Source of the DNA: Acidobacteriota bacterium
GTDB lineage: Bacteria; Acidobacteriota; CAIWXX01
Length of the DNA: 64,000 nt
Assembly (NCBI GenBank): GCA_040755995.1
Contig: JBFMAF010000035.1
Coordinates: 224,001-288,000, forward strand
Reading direction: 5' to 3'
Shown here piece by piece: positions 19,007 to 27,433 of the stretch. Both the position numbers and the translations under genes were made by a program. The notes beneath the pieces are model-generated. The model ran no database searches. It was not told the origin of the DNA and was given only the letters and a program-made list of their open reading frames with translations. How positions within the stretch are numbered: the first letter of the stretch is position 1; each line of letters begins with the position of its first letter.

Positions 19007-19507
19007 CTACGGCCCGAGCAGCTCCATGACGTCCTTCTCGACCTGCTTTTCGTCCCCGGCCGAGTACCCCTGGTACATTCGTCGTATCCTGCCTTCACGG
19101 TCGACGAGCATTGTGAGGGGAAGGGACTTCTCCGGCGCATACAGTCTCGCGACCTCGGCCTTGCTGTCGAGCAGGATCGGGAACGTCAGCTTGTAGCGCC
19201 GCACGTGAGCTCGGATCTTGGCGACGTCCCCGGGCTCATCGATGCTGATCCCGGCTACGAGCAGCCCACGCTCGCCCAGCCGCTCGTAGAGCCGCTGCAG
19301 ATGAGGGTGCTCGCGCGCGCACGGCTCGCACCACGTCGCGAAGAACGTGATCAGGAGAACGCCCTTGCCGAGATGCTCGTTCAGCACGAACTTCCGGCCG
19401 TCGAGGGTTGGGAGCGTGAAGTTGGGCATCCGGTCGGCCGCCTGTGCCACAGCCGCGAAGAGGCCGAGCAGTGTCAGCAGAAGAGTCACTCTGCCCGGCA
19501 CGGTCAT
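19007..19507 (-). CDS. TlpA/ResA-family thiol-disulfide oxidoreductase
   Basis: Signal peptide MTVPGRVTLLL; FFATWCEPC; cis-Pro SLP. Confidence 0.9.
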   Translation of the reverse strand: MTVPGRVTLLLTLLGLFAAVAQAADRMPNFTLPTLDGRKFVLNEHLGKGVLLITFFATWCEPCAREHPHLQRLYERLGERGLLVAGISIDEPGDVAKIRAHVRRYKLTFPILLDSKAEVARLYAPEKSLPLTMLVDREGRIRRMYQGYSAGDEKQVEKDVMELLGP

Positions 19508-19539
19508 TTGCCACCCGCACGGGGTGCGCAGTCCGGCGT

Positions 19540-20409
19540 TCACTTGCTGAGCGCCTGAACGATCGCCGGCTCGATCTTGCTGTCCGGGAAGCCGACGTCT
19601 TTGTACACGATCGTCTGCTTCCGGTCGATCACCACGTTCAGCGGGATGTAGCCATCGTCGTTGTAGAGGTCCCACGCGAGCTCGTTCGTGTCGGCGAGGA
19701 CCGGGAACTGGAGTCCGTAGCTCTTCGCCCACGTCGAGCAGTCCGCTTGATCCGGCGGGTTGCCGTTGTAGTCCTCTATCAGCACGCTGAGAATGACGAA
19801 TCCGCGATCCCGGTATTTCTCAAAAAGCGCCTCTGCTTCGCTCGCCTCATCCTGGCAGGGGCCGCACCACATCGCGGACAGATCGAGCAGCACCACCTTC
19901 CCGGCGTAGTCCCTAAGCGACCTCGCAGCTCCATCCTGGTCCGTCAGCGTGAAATTGATCGCCTGCTGTCCGACCTGAGTGCCCGGCGTCGGAAGTACGA
20001 TCTGCTTCGTGCCGCTGAAGTTGCCCGCCGCATCGCGCAGCTTCACGTTCAGCTTGACATACCTGCTCTGGTCGCAGGCTACCTGGATCTTGACGGTGTC
20101 CGTTCCGGTGGCGAGCTGGTACTTCGGCTTGGTGAGCTGCACGCTGACTTCGCTCGTGGACCCCGAGGACCGCACTATGACGACCTTCAGGAACCCATTC
20201 CGGAGATTCAGCCCCATGTCCGAGAACGTGAACTTCAAGGCGACGGTGGTCGTCTTGCCCTGAGAGATCACGGTGGGCGCGGCCGTGATGGTCTTGATCA
20301 CCGGGATGTCACCGGCGACCGGCGCTTCCGAGGCCCGGGCCGCCGGGACCAAAGCGAGCGCAATCAGCGTTCCCAGAGAGGCCAACCTCCGAAGTGTGCA
20401 TACGACCAT
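19540..20409 (-). CDS. Exported protein: Ig-like N-terminal domain fused to a TlpA-like redoxin domain
   Basis: AAAGGAG RBS; signal peptide; beta-rich N-domain ending DAAGN; AMWCGPC; YIP. Confidence 0.85.
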   Translation of the reverse strand: MVVCTLRRLASLGTLIALALVPAARASEAPVAGDIPVIKTITAAPTVISQGKTTTVALKFTFSDMGLNLRNGFLKVVIVRSSGSTSEVSVQLTKPKYQLATGTDTVKIQVACDQSRYVKLNVKLRDAAGNFSGTKQIVLPTPGTQVGQQAINFTLTDQDGAARSLRDYAGKVVLLDLSAMWCGPCQDEASEAEALFEKYRDRGFVILSVLIEDYNGNPPDQADCSTWAKSYGLQFPVLADTNELAWDLYNDDGYIPLNVVIDRKQTIVYKDVGFPDSKIEPAIVQALSK

Positions 20410-20517
20410 CACGGTTGCTCCTTTCCGCAAATGCTCTGCCCGACGCAGGCCAGTATAGCGAAACGGTGCGCCATCCCTCAAGCGAAATGAAGCGCCTGGG
20501 CCCTCCGCTGCAAGAAC

Positions 20518-20533
20518 TGTGACACGCGTCACA
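20518..20533. promoter_or_regulatory. CRP/FNR-family binding site
   Basis: Exact TGTGA-CACGCG-TCACA (the arms extend to CTGTGAC/GTCACAG) in a divergent intergenic region. Confidence 0.6.
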
Positions 20534-20605
20534 GCGGCATGTAACTTAAACCAAACTGGGAACCACACGGTCTATATAGACAAGGCCGTTGCGAGGAGGA
20601 ATGAC

Positions 20606-21466
20606 ATGATCTTGAAAGCGCTGCACGCGATCGCTCTCCTGGGAGTCCTGACAAGCGCAGTGTCAGCAAGACCCGCGGATCTCTCGCCGTGGGAATCCGA
20701 CCAGGTGGCTGCCCAGGTCCGGTCGCTGAACATCGTCAATCAACTCAATCTCACGCCAGCCCAGCTGGACCAGATCATCCCGCTCGCTCAGCAGGACGTG
20801 ACCGAGCGAAGCGCGCTCGTGCAGAGACGCGAGGCGGCTGAGCCGCAGCTGCTGGCCGCCGCTTCACGCCTGCGCGAGGAGCTCAAGGACGGGTTCAACA
20901 CGACACCCGCGGCCGAGCAGGAATGGCACCGCGTCCACGGCCCGCTGCTCGACATGTTCCTGGACTACAGGCAGCATCGCGACGAGCGAATCACCGCCGC
21001 GATGCAGGTCCTGACTCCCAACCAGCTCGCCCTGATCTCGCGTTTCAAGCCCTGCGTAGTGCCGATCAAGGACTACCGTGACCCGGCCCGCATCGGGCAG
21101 GCGTCAGCCGGGTCGAGGATCGAGGAGGGGCTCGAGCGTCTGCGGGAGATCCCCGAGCCACTGTTCCAGAGAATCCGGCCTCGCTTGCACGAGCGTCTCT
21201 CCGAGAAGTTGCGCCTCCACTATGACCCTGCCGAGCTGACTCAGAAGGTGCGCGCGTTCGAGCGCGCGGTGAACGAGGTGCGCGCAATGTCAGACCTCGA
21301 TTTCGAGGCCAAGAAGTCGATGATCGCGGAGGAGCTGGCTCCGGCCGAGCACGCTGCGGAGGGGCAGGAGCTGCGCGGGCGCACAGGCGAGTTCCTGTTG
21401 TCCCCAGAGGGGCTCGATGTCCTGGAAACGAAGCGCGCACTCGTGAAATCGGGCGAGTCACGATGA
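20606..21466 (+). CDS. Exported alpha-helical protein with LTxxQ motifs (Spy/CpxP-like)
   Basis: GAGGAGG RBS; signal peptide; LNLTPAQL and VLTPNQL; stop overlaps the next start (ATGA). Confidence 0.65.
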   Translation: MILKALHAIALLGVLTSAVSARPADLSPWESDQVAAQVRSLNIVNQLNLTPAQLDQIIPLAQQDVTERSALVQRREAAEPQLLAAASRLREELKDGFNTTPAAEQEWHRVHGPLLDMFLDYRQHRDERITAAMQVLTPNQLALISRFKPCVVPIKDYRDPARIGQASAGSRIEEGLERLREIPEPLFQRIRPRLHERLSEKLRLHYDPAELTQKVRAFERAVNEVRAMSDLDFEAKKSMIAEELAPAEHAAEGQELRGRTGEFLLSPEGLDVLETKRALVKSGESR

Positions 21467-22635
21467 TCCGGCCCATGCCGCTGCGGCGCCGCGAGTTCAT
21501 CCGGCGCGCCTGCGCCGCCGGAGCAGGCATCTGCCTCGCTTGCGCGCGGCCGTTCGCGAGGCCGGCGGTGGCCGAGGCCGCCGGTCGCGAAGCGCGCTAC
21601 TACAGGCGCTTGTCAGGAGGAAGGGTCCACTGCTACCTGTGCCCGTGCAACCCATCGATGCAGGCATGTGGGGTCCTGGAAGACGGCGAGACCTGCTGGT
21701 GCCACGTGAGGACGAATCGTGCCGGCCGGCTCTACGTCACCAACTACGCGCGCCTCGCCGCGATCCACATCGACCCTGTGGAGAAGAGCCCTCTGTATCA
21801 CGTAATGCCGGGGGCGAAGGTCATGGCCGTGGCAGCGCCCGGTTGCAGCCTCGCTTGCATCTGCTGTCAGAATTGGGAGATGTCGCAGGTCGGGGTCGAC
21901 GATCTGGAGACGATCGAGGCGTCTCCGAGTGAGATCGTCGATCGAGCCGTCCAGACGCGATCCACCGGCATCGCGTTCACGTACACGGAGCCCGTGGTGT
22001 ATTTCGAGTATGTGGTCGACACCGCCGCCATCGCGCGCAAACGCGGCCTGCGGGTTCTCGTCTCCACGGGCGGTTACATCACCACCGAGCCGTTGCGCGA
22101 ACTCTGCCGGTATGTGGACGCATTCTCGGTGAGCGTGAAGGGGTTCAGTGAGAAGTTCTACCTGGACAACTGCCGCGGGAGTTTCAAGGTGGTGCTGGAG
22201 AGTCTGAGGACGATCCGGGAGGAAGGGGTGTGGCTCGAGATCCCGGTTCTGATTATCCCCGGCCTCAGCGACAGGATCCAGGATGTGTCGTGGTTCTGTG
22301 GTTGGGTGAGGGACAATCTGGGCACGGAGGTACCGGTCCACTTCATTCGATTCTCGCCGGCGTACCGTCTGCAGAACCTGTCGCCGACCCCTGTGCGTGT
22401 TCTGGAGGCGGCGCGGACGGCGGCGACCAGGGCAGGCCTTCGGTACGCGTACATTGGCAACGTCCCCGGCCACGACGCGAACAACACCAACTGCCCGTCC
22501 TGCGGCCGGCTGCTGATCCAGCGTCTGGGCTTTCAGACCATCGGCAACGCGCTGGTTCCGGCGCGCAATGCTGGATCGCCGCAGCACGACTCGTGCCCGG
22601 CGTGCGGGCAGCAGATCCCGGGCCTCTGGCGCTGA
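21463..22635 (+). CDS. amrS: AmmeMemoRadiSam-system radical SAM enzyme with Tat signal
   Basis: RRREFI twin-arginine signal; DPVEKSPLYH; CSLACICCQNW (CxxxCxxC); AFTYTEP; YIGNVPGH; CPSCG and CPACG. Confidence 0.88.
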   Translation: MIRPMPLRRREFIRRACAAGAGICLACARPFARPAVAEAAGREARYYRRLSGGRVHCYLCPCNPSMQACGVLEDGETCWCHVRTNRAGRLYVTNYARLAAIHIDPVEKSPLYHVMPGAKVMAVAAPGCSLACICCQNWEMSQVGVDDLETIEASPSEIVDRAVQTRSTGIAFTYTEPVVYFEYVVDTAAIARKRGLRVLVSTGGYITTEPLRELCRYVDAFSVSVKGFSEKFYLDNCRGSFKVVLESLRTIREEGVWLEIPVLIIPGLSDRIQDVSWFCGWVRDNLGTEVPVHFIRFSPAYRLQNLSPTPVRVLEAARTAATRAGLRYAYIGNVPGHDANNTNCPSCGRLLIQRLGFQTIGNALVPARNAGSPQHDSCPACGQQIPGLWR

Positions 22636-22942
22636 GCACTTTGCCGCTTCAGCGCCGGAACTCTTGCGAAGTACACGTCATCCACGGAAGCCGCTGGAAG
22701 CGAAGAGTGGCCACGCAACGTAATTTCGGGCGACCGGGTGAGCCACAACATGACTCCCTTCTGGGGGTCAGCTAGCCGCGAATCGAACTGAAGGATTTCC
22801 CTCGGCACGCGCTCGCGGTCGATCTCGGAGGAAGATTCGATATCGACTTCTCCAGACATGCTCGCAGGATCTTGGATTGCCGGTTTGGTGTCAATTGCTG
22901 CCGCCCTCCAGTTGCTGAAGCCGCTGAGGAGGACGTGTAACG

Positions 22943-22951
22943 TGGTAGAAT
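22943..22951 (+). promoter_or_regulatory. Extended -10 promoter for the TA operon
   Basis: TG-G-TAGAAT followed by a GAGGTG RBS and the ATG at 22972. Confidence 0.5.
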
Positions 22952-22971
22952 TGGTTCTGTGAGGTGGTGAG

Positions 22972-23208
22972 ATGACGACAGCGGTCAAGGCAGTCTACGA
23001 GGACGGTGTGTTCAAGCCTAAGGAACCCGTGCAGCTGGAGGAGCACGCCGAGGTGGAGGTGATGATCCCTGCCCATGTGCCTGTGGACGACGACGATCCC
23101 ACGGGCTGGAGGGCGGCCGAGGAGATGGTCGGCTGCATTACTGAGGAACTGGTCGGCGAAGACGTCGCCGTCAACCACGACCGATACATCTACCGCCGCG
23201 ACCCGTGA
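22972..23208 (+). CDS. AF2212/DUF104-like antitoxin
   Basis: AVYEDGVFKP N-terminal motif; C-terminal HDRYIY; overlaps the PIN gene (GTGA). Confidence 0.82.
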   Translation: MTTAVKAVYEDGVFKPKEPVQLEEHAEVEVMIPAHVPVDDDDPTGWRAAEEMVGCITEELVGEDVAVNHDRYIYRRDP

Positions 23209-23636
23209 TCTTCGTCGACACCGGGTTCTTCTTCGCGCTGTTCGCAATCGAGGAGCGCGCCAGGCACACGCAGGCCCGGCAGCTTCTCTCAACCATGCGG
23301 GGACGCAAACTCTCCGATATGTTGATCACGACAGACCACATTGTGCTTGAGACCCTCACGCTCATTCAGACGACGGTGAAGCGGAACGCTCATGCGCGCG
23401 CGGTCTTCGTGGGTGAGAAGCTGTATGCCGAGCGGCTTGCCCGAATCTACCGAACCAACTTCGAGGAGCAGGTGGAGGCCTTCGCCTATCTCAAGCAGCA
23501 TCGGGACAAGCCCTTTAGCGCGGTCGACTGTTTGAGTTTCGTGGTGATGCTCAAACTCGGCATCCAGGAAGCATGGACTTTCGATGGGCACTTCACGCAC
23601 CGCTTCGTCGCGCGCCCTGGCCCGAAGCAGAAGTAG
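23205..23636 (+). CDS. vapC: PIN-domain VapC-family toxin
   Basis: IFVDTG, VLET, SAVDC and TFDGHF; the acidic tetrad is intact. Confidence 0.88.
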   Translation: MIFVDTGFFFALFAIEERARHTQARQLLSTMRGRKLSDMLITTDHIVLETLTLIQTTVKRNAHARAVFVGEKLYAERLARIYRTNFEEQVEAFAYLKQHRDKPFSAVDCLSFVVMLKLGIQEAWTFDGHFTHRFVARPGPKQK

Positions 23637-23764
23637 TCTCCCGGACACCCCCACATTCGCCCAGGATAGCCGCTGGATTGGTCTAACCAGCAATCTACCG
23701 CCCTCGTCCTTGCATCATGCGATCATGACCGCACGACGGCCCTTCAATCTGCAATCTGAAATCC

Positions 23765-25276
23765 TCACAGGTACCGGTCGATGCTGCGCATTTGGATCGC
23801 CTCGGCCACGTGATGGTGCGAGATGTGGTCGGCATTCTCCAGGTCGGCGATCGTCCGGCTGACGCGCAGGATGCGGTTGTAGGCTCTGGCGCTTATGCCG
23901 ACCTGCCTGGAGGCCGCATCGAGCAGCGACATGATTCGGTCGTCCACCACGCAGTGTTTCTTGATGCCGCGGCTGTCCAGCCGGGCGTTGACGCGAGCGG
24001 TCCGGGATCGCTTCGCCTGAACGTCCCGAGCGGTACGGACCCGCTGCCGGATAGCGGTGGACGCCTCGCCCGAGCGCTCCGCGCGGAGCTCCTTCAGGTT
24101 CACAGCGGGCACTTCCAGCTGGATGTCGATGCGGTCGAGTATCGGGCCGCTGATGCGGCCGAAGTATTTCTGCCGCTGCAGCGGCGTGCAGGCGCACGTT
24201 CGCGTAGGGTCTCCGAAATAGCCGCACGGGCAGGGATTCACGGCAGCCACGAGCATGAACCGGCATGGGAACGTGAGCGATTGCTGCGCGCGCGAGATCG
24301 TGACGATGCCGTCTTCGAGCGGCTGCCTGAGCCCCTCAAGCGCAGCCCTCGAGAACTCGACGAATTCGTCCAGGAAAAGAACCCCGTTGTGGGCCAGGCT
24401 GACCTCGCCCGGCTTCGGATGTCCGCCTCCGCCGATGAGTCCGGCGTCTGAGACGGTGTGATGCGGAGCTCTGAACGGGCGCGTTCGGACGGCGCCCCTG
24501 CCGTCGGTTAGACCTGCGGCAGAGTAGATCTTCGTGCACTCGATGATTTCATCGAGGCACATCGGTGGCATGATCGAAGGCAGGCGGCGGGCGAGCATCG
24601 TCTTGCCTGCGCCCGGAGGTCCGACCAGCAGGACGTTGTGACCGCCGGCCGCGGCTATCTCCATGGCTCGCTTGGCCGTCTCCTGGCCCTTCACATCCTG
24701 GAAGTCCTCGACCGGAGAATCTTCTGCCGCCGGAGCCGGGTCGGGTCGCGAGATCTCGGCAGCCTGCCCCGACAGCACGGCAATGACCTCGGAGAGGTGC
24801 CTGGCGGCGAGCACCGCGACACCGTCCACCAGAAGCGCTTCGGCTGCGTTCTCGGCCGGAAGGATGATGCCCCGGAGCCCGCGGTCGCGCGCCAGCACCG
24901 CGGAAGCGAGAGCGCCGCGCACTGGGCGGAGGCAGCCGTCGAGAGCGAGCTCGCCCGAGAGCAGGTAGTCGCCGACGCGTGGGAGGTCGGCCACACCGGA
25001 GGCCAGCAGAATTCCGATGGCGATCGGGAGGTCGAACGAGCCGCCTTCCTTGCGCAGCTCCGCCGGCGCGAGATTCACCGTGATTCGGGATGAAGCCAGT
25101 TTCAGCCCCGAGTTCTTGCAGGCGCTGATGATCCGCTCGCGGCTCTCACGCACCGTCGCATCGGGCAGGCCGACGACGGTGTAGTAGGGAAAGCCGGAGC
25201 TTGTCGAATCCACCTCGACCTCGACCAGCACGGCGTCGATGCCGACGAGCGTCGATGTTATCGTCTTGGCCAGCAT
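23765..25276 (-). CDS. comM: YifB/ComM Mg-chelatase-like AAA ATPase
   Basis: VGLPD, NLAPA, GELALDG, Walker A GPPGAGKT, RPFRAPHH, LFLDE and NPCPCG. Confidence 0.95.
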   Translation of the reverse strand: MLAKTITSTLVGIDAVLVEVEVDSTSSGFPYYTVVGLPDATVRESRERIISACKNSGLKLASSRITVNLAPAELRKEGGSFDLPIAIGILLASGVADLPRVGDYLLSGELALDGCLRPVRGALASAVLARDRGLRGIILPAENAAEALLVDGVAVLAARHLSEVIAVLSGQAAEISRPDPAPAAEDSPVEDFQDVKGQETAKRAMEIAAAGGHNVLLVGPPGAGKTMLARRLPSIMPPMCLDEIIECTKIYSAAGLTDGRGAVRTRPFRAPHHTVSDAGLIGGGGHPKPGEVSLAHNGVLFLDEFVEFSRAALEGLRQPLEDGIVTISRAQQSLTFPCRFMLVAAVNPCPCGYFGDPTRTCACTPLQRQKYFGRISGPILDRIDIQLEVPAVNLKELRAERSGEASTAIRQRVRTARDVQAKRSRTARVNARLDSRGIKKHCVVDDRIMSLLDAASRQVGISARAYNRILRVSRTIADLENADHISHHHVAEAIQMRSIDRYL

Positions 25277-25347
25277 GCCATCCCGTCCTTGCCTTCACGA
25301 GGCGCCGGCCAAGCTGCACCAAATGGCGAGGCACGGCCTCGCCGAAA

Positions 25348-27201
25348 CTACTTCTTGCCCCGATAGATGGTCAGTCTGTCCCCCGGGTAGATCGCCCGGC
25401 TGCTCGATAGCCCGTTGAGGCTCATGATGGACTCGACGGTCGTCCGGTAGTTGCTGGCAATCCGGCCGAGCGTGTCGCCCTTCCTCACTAGATAGGTTAC
25501 CTTTTCATAGGAGGACGTACCGGACGAGGCAGTAGACCCTGACGTCGACGCGCTGCCGACGACGAGCCTGTCTCCGGGGTGGATCAGCGTGGACCTGAGC
25601 CCGTTCTTCGCCATGAGTGCCGCAGGTGACAGATCGAATGCGCGGGCGATGGTGTAGATCGTGTCTCCGCTCCGCACGATGTAGACCTTGCCGGTTGCGG
25701 TGGTGCTGGCGGTCCGTGTGGAGGTATAAGAGCTGCTGGAGCCTCCGGCTTGGGCTATGAGCTTTGCGCCCATTGGGATGATTATCCTGCTGCCTGCTGC
25801 GACCTCCGGCTTCTCCAGCGAGTTGGCCTGTAATATGGCCGTGACGCTCGTGCCGTACTGGCTAGCCAACTTCGTCAGCGTGTCGCCCGCCTCGATCGTC
25901 CTCAGCCTCCAGGTGACGCGCTTATCCGCCGGGATCATGGCGAAGTTTGCGGCGAAGGTCTCGCTGCAATGAACGGGCAGTCGCAACGGGTAGTTGGTCA
26001 CCCCCTTGGGCGTCGTCAGACGCCGAAGCTCCGGGTTCAGCGCCTGCACCTCGGACAGGGTCGTATCGGCGCACTCCGCCACAAGCCGCAGATCGGTAGT
26101 CGTCGGCACGGTGATCGTCTCGAACTCGACCGGCCTGTCAGGGGCGATGGCAAAGCCGTATTTCTCCTGGTTCTTCGCGATGAGCATTCCGGCAAGGATT
26201 GCCGGCACATAGTTCTTGGTCTCTATCCTGAGGTACTTGCTCTCGGCCAGCTCCCAGAATGTGGTCTTGCCCGTCTTGTTCAGGGCGTACTCGACCTTCT
26301 TCTCGCCTGCGTTGTACGCGGCCATCGCCAGGTACCAGTCGCCGAACATGGCGTAGAGGTCGCGGAGATAGGCGGCGGCGGCACGCGTCGCCTTCTCGGG
26401 ATCCGACCGTTCATCGACCCACCAATCGCTCTTCAGCCCGTACCGCTTGCCTGTACCGGAGATGAACTGCCACATGCCCATGGCCTTTGCGCGGCTGTAT
26501 GCGTGAGGCTTGAACGAGCTTTCGATCAGCACCATGTAGGCGAGATCCTGCGGCATTCCTTCCTCTTTCAGAATCCCGCGGATGAGGTCCAAATAGCGGC
26601 CGCTTCTCCAGAGCCCGCCCTCGATCTCGTCGCGCCGCCGGTTCTGGAATGAGCTGATGAAAGCCAGCACCTTCGAGTTGACGGTCACCGGGATATCGTA
26701 ATCGGCCGGGTCGATCTCCCCCTCGATCCTCTGAATGAGCTCGCTGGTCTCCGGCGCGCTCGGCGGCTCTTCGACTGGAGCGTCAAGCTCGTCGATCGAC
26801 GCCGGCTCCAGCGGCACCTCCGTGAATCCGTCGCCCTCCTTGAACGCCGCCAGCTCGCGGTTCCGTATCTCGGTGACATACTCTTCAAACGCGGCGTTCA
26901 GCCGCGGATCTTCCGTCGGGCTCACGCTGGAGGTCAGGAACGCGTCGATACAGAGATCAAAGTCGCGCCTGGCCTTGTCCAGATGACCGTTCACGAACTC
27001 CTCGTCCCCCATCTCGAAGTAGTACTTGGCGGTGTCCAGGATATCCCTGATCCGCGCCTCGTCGGGGCTCATCAGGGTCTCCGGAGGGATCGCCGGAGCC
27101 GTAACGTCGGGGCCCTTCGTTCTCACGGCTCCCCCGCCGCAAGAGACCGTCACCGCGGCCCCGATCAGAAGAACAAGATACTGGCGTATCCGTCGCACCA
27201 T
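25348..27201 (-). CDS. mltD: Lipoprotein lytic transglycosylase with three LysM domains (MltD-like)
   Basis: Lipobox VTVSC; SLT motifs IESSF, GMWQF and AAYNAG; three LysM repeats. Confidence 0.9.
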   Translation of the reverse strand: MVRRIRQYLVLLIGAAVTVSCGGGAVRTKGPDVTAPAIPPETLMSPDEARIRDILDTAKYYFEMGDEEFVNGHLDKARRDFDLCIDAFLTSSVSPTEDPRLNAAFEEYVTEIRNRELAAFKEGDGFTEVPLEPASIDELDAPVEEPPSAPETSELIQRIEGEIDPADYDIPVTVNSKVLAFISSFQNRRRDEIEGGLWRSGRYLDLIRGILKEEGMPQDLAYMVLIESSFKPHAYSRAKAMGMWQFISGTGKRYGLKSDWWVDERSDPEKATRAAAAYLRDLYAMFGDWYLAMAAYNAGEKKVEYALNKTGKTTFWELAESKYLRIETKNYVPAILAGMLIAKNQEKYGFAIAPDRPVEFETITVPTTTDLRLVAECADTTLSEVQALNPELRRLTTPKGVTNYPLRLPVHCSETFAANFAMIPADKRVTWRLRTIEAGDTLTKLASQYGTSVTAILQANSLEKPEVAAGSRIIIPMGAKLIAQAGGSSSSYTSTRTASTTATGKVYIVRSGDTIYTIARAFDLSPAALMAKNGLRSTLIHPGDRLVVGSASTSGSTASSGTSSYEKVTYLVRKGDTLGRIASNYRTTVESIMSLNGLSSSRAIYPGDRLTIYRGKK

Positions 27202-27218
27202 CTCTTTCCTGCCGAAAG

Positions 27219-27248
27219 CTTATACCATGCAACAGTTCGATCGGTCAA
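27219..27248 (-). promoter_or_regulatory. Putative sigma-70 promoter for mltD
   Basis: Minus strand TTGACC-N18-TATAAG with a TG extension. Confidence 0.45.
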
Positions 27249-27433
27249 AAGTTTTTTTCGGGTTTTCGGCGTGCGGCCTACGCCGAGTCAGATGCATCGG
27301 CCCCACGTGGGCCGGAATTCGGAAGGAGAAAAACGGCCAAGACCAGAAAGCCGCGCCTGGGCTGTATCACCCTTCACCTTGCACCATTCAGAGCCGGTGG
27401 CGCCGGCGGCCGCCGGCCGCGGAGACCCCGTGC

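Noticed and set aside
19007..20409. Selenocysteine-containing redoxins
   Set aside because: Both active sites are ordinary CxxC with no in-frame TGA.
23681..23764. GTCTAAC after the TA pair (and TTCTAAC near 1310) as possible integron attC inverse core sites
   Set aside because: No matching GTTRRRY at a suitable distance, no attC-like dyad and no integrase in the window.
23765..25276. comM interrupted by a mobile element (a known integration hotspot)
   Set aside because: The ORF is intact at 503 aa with all motifs.
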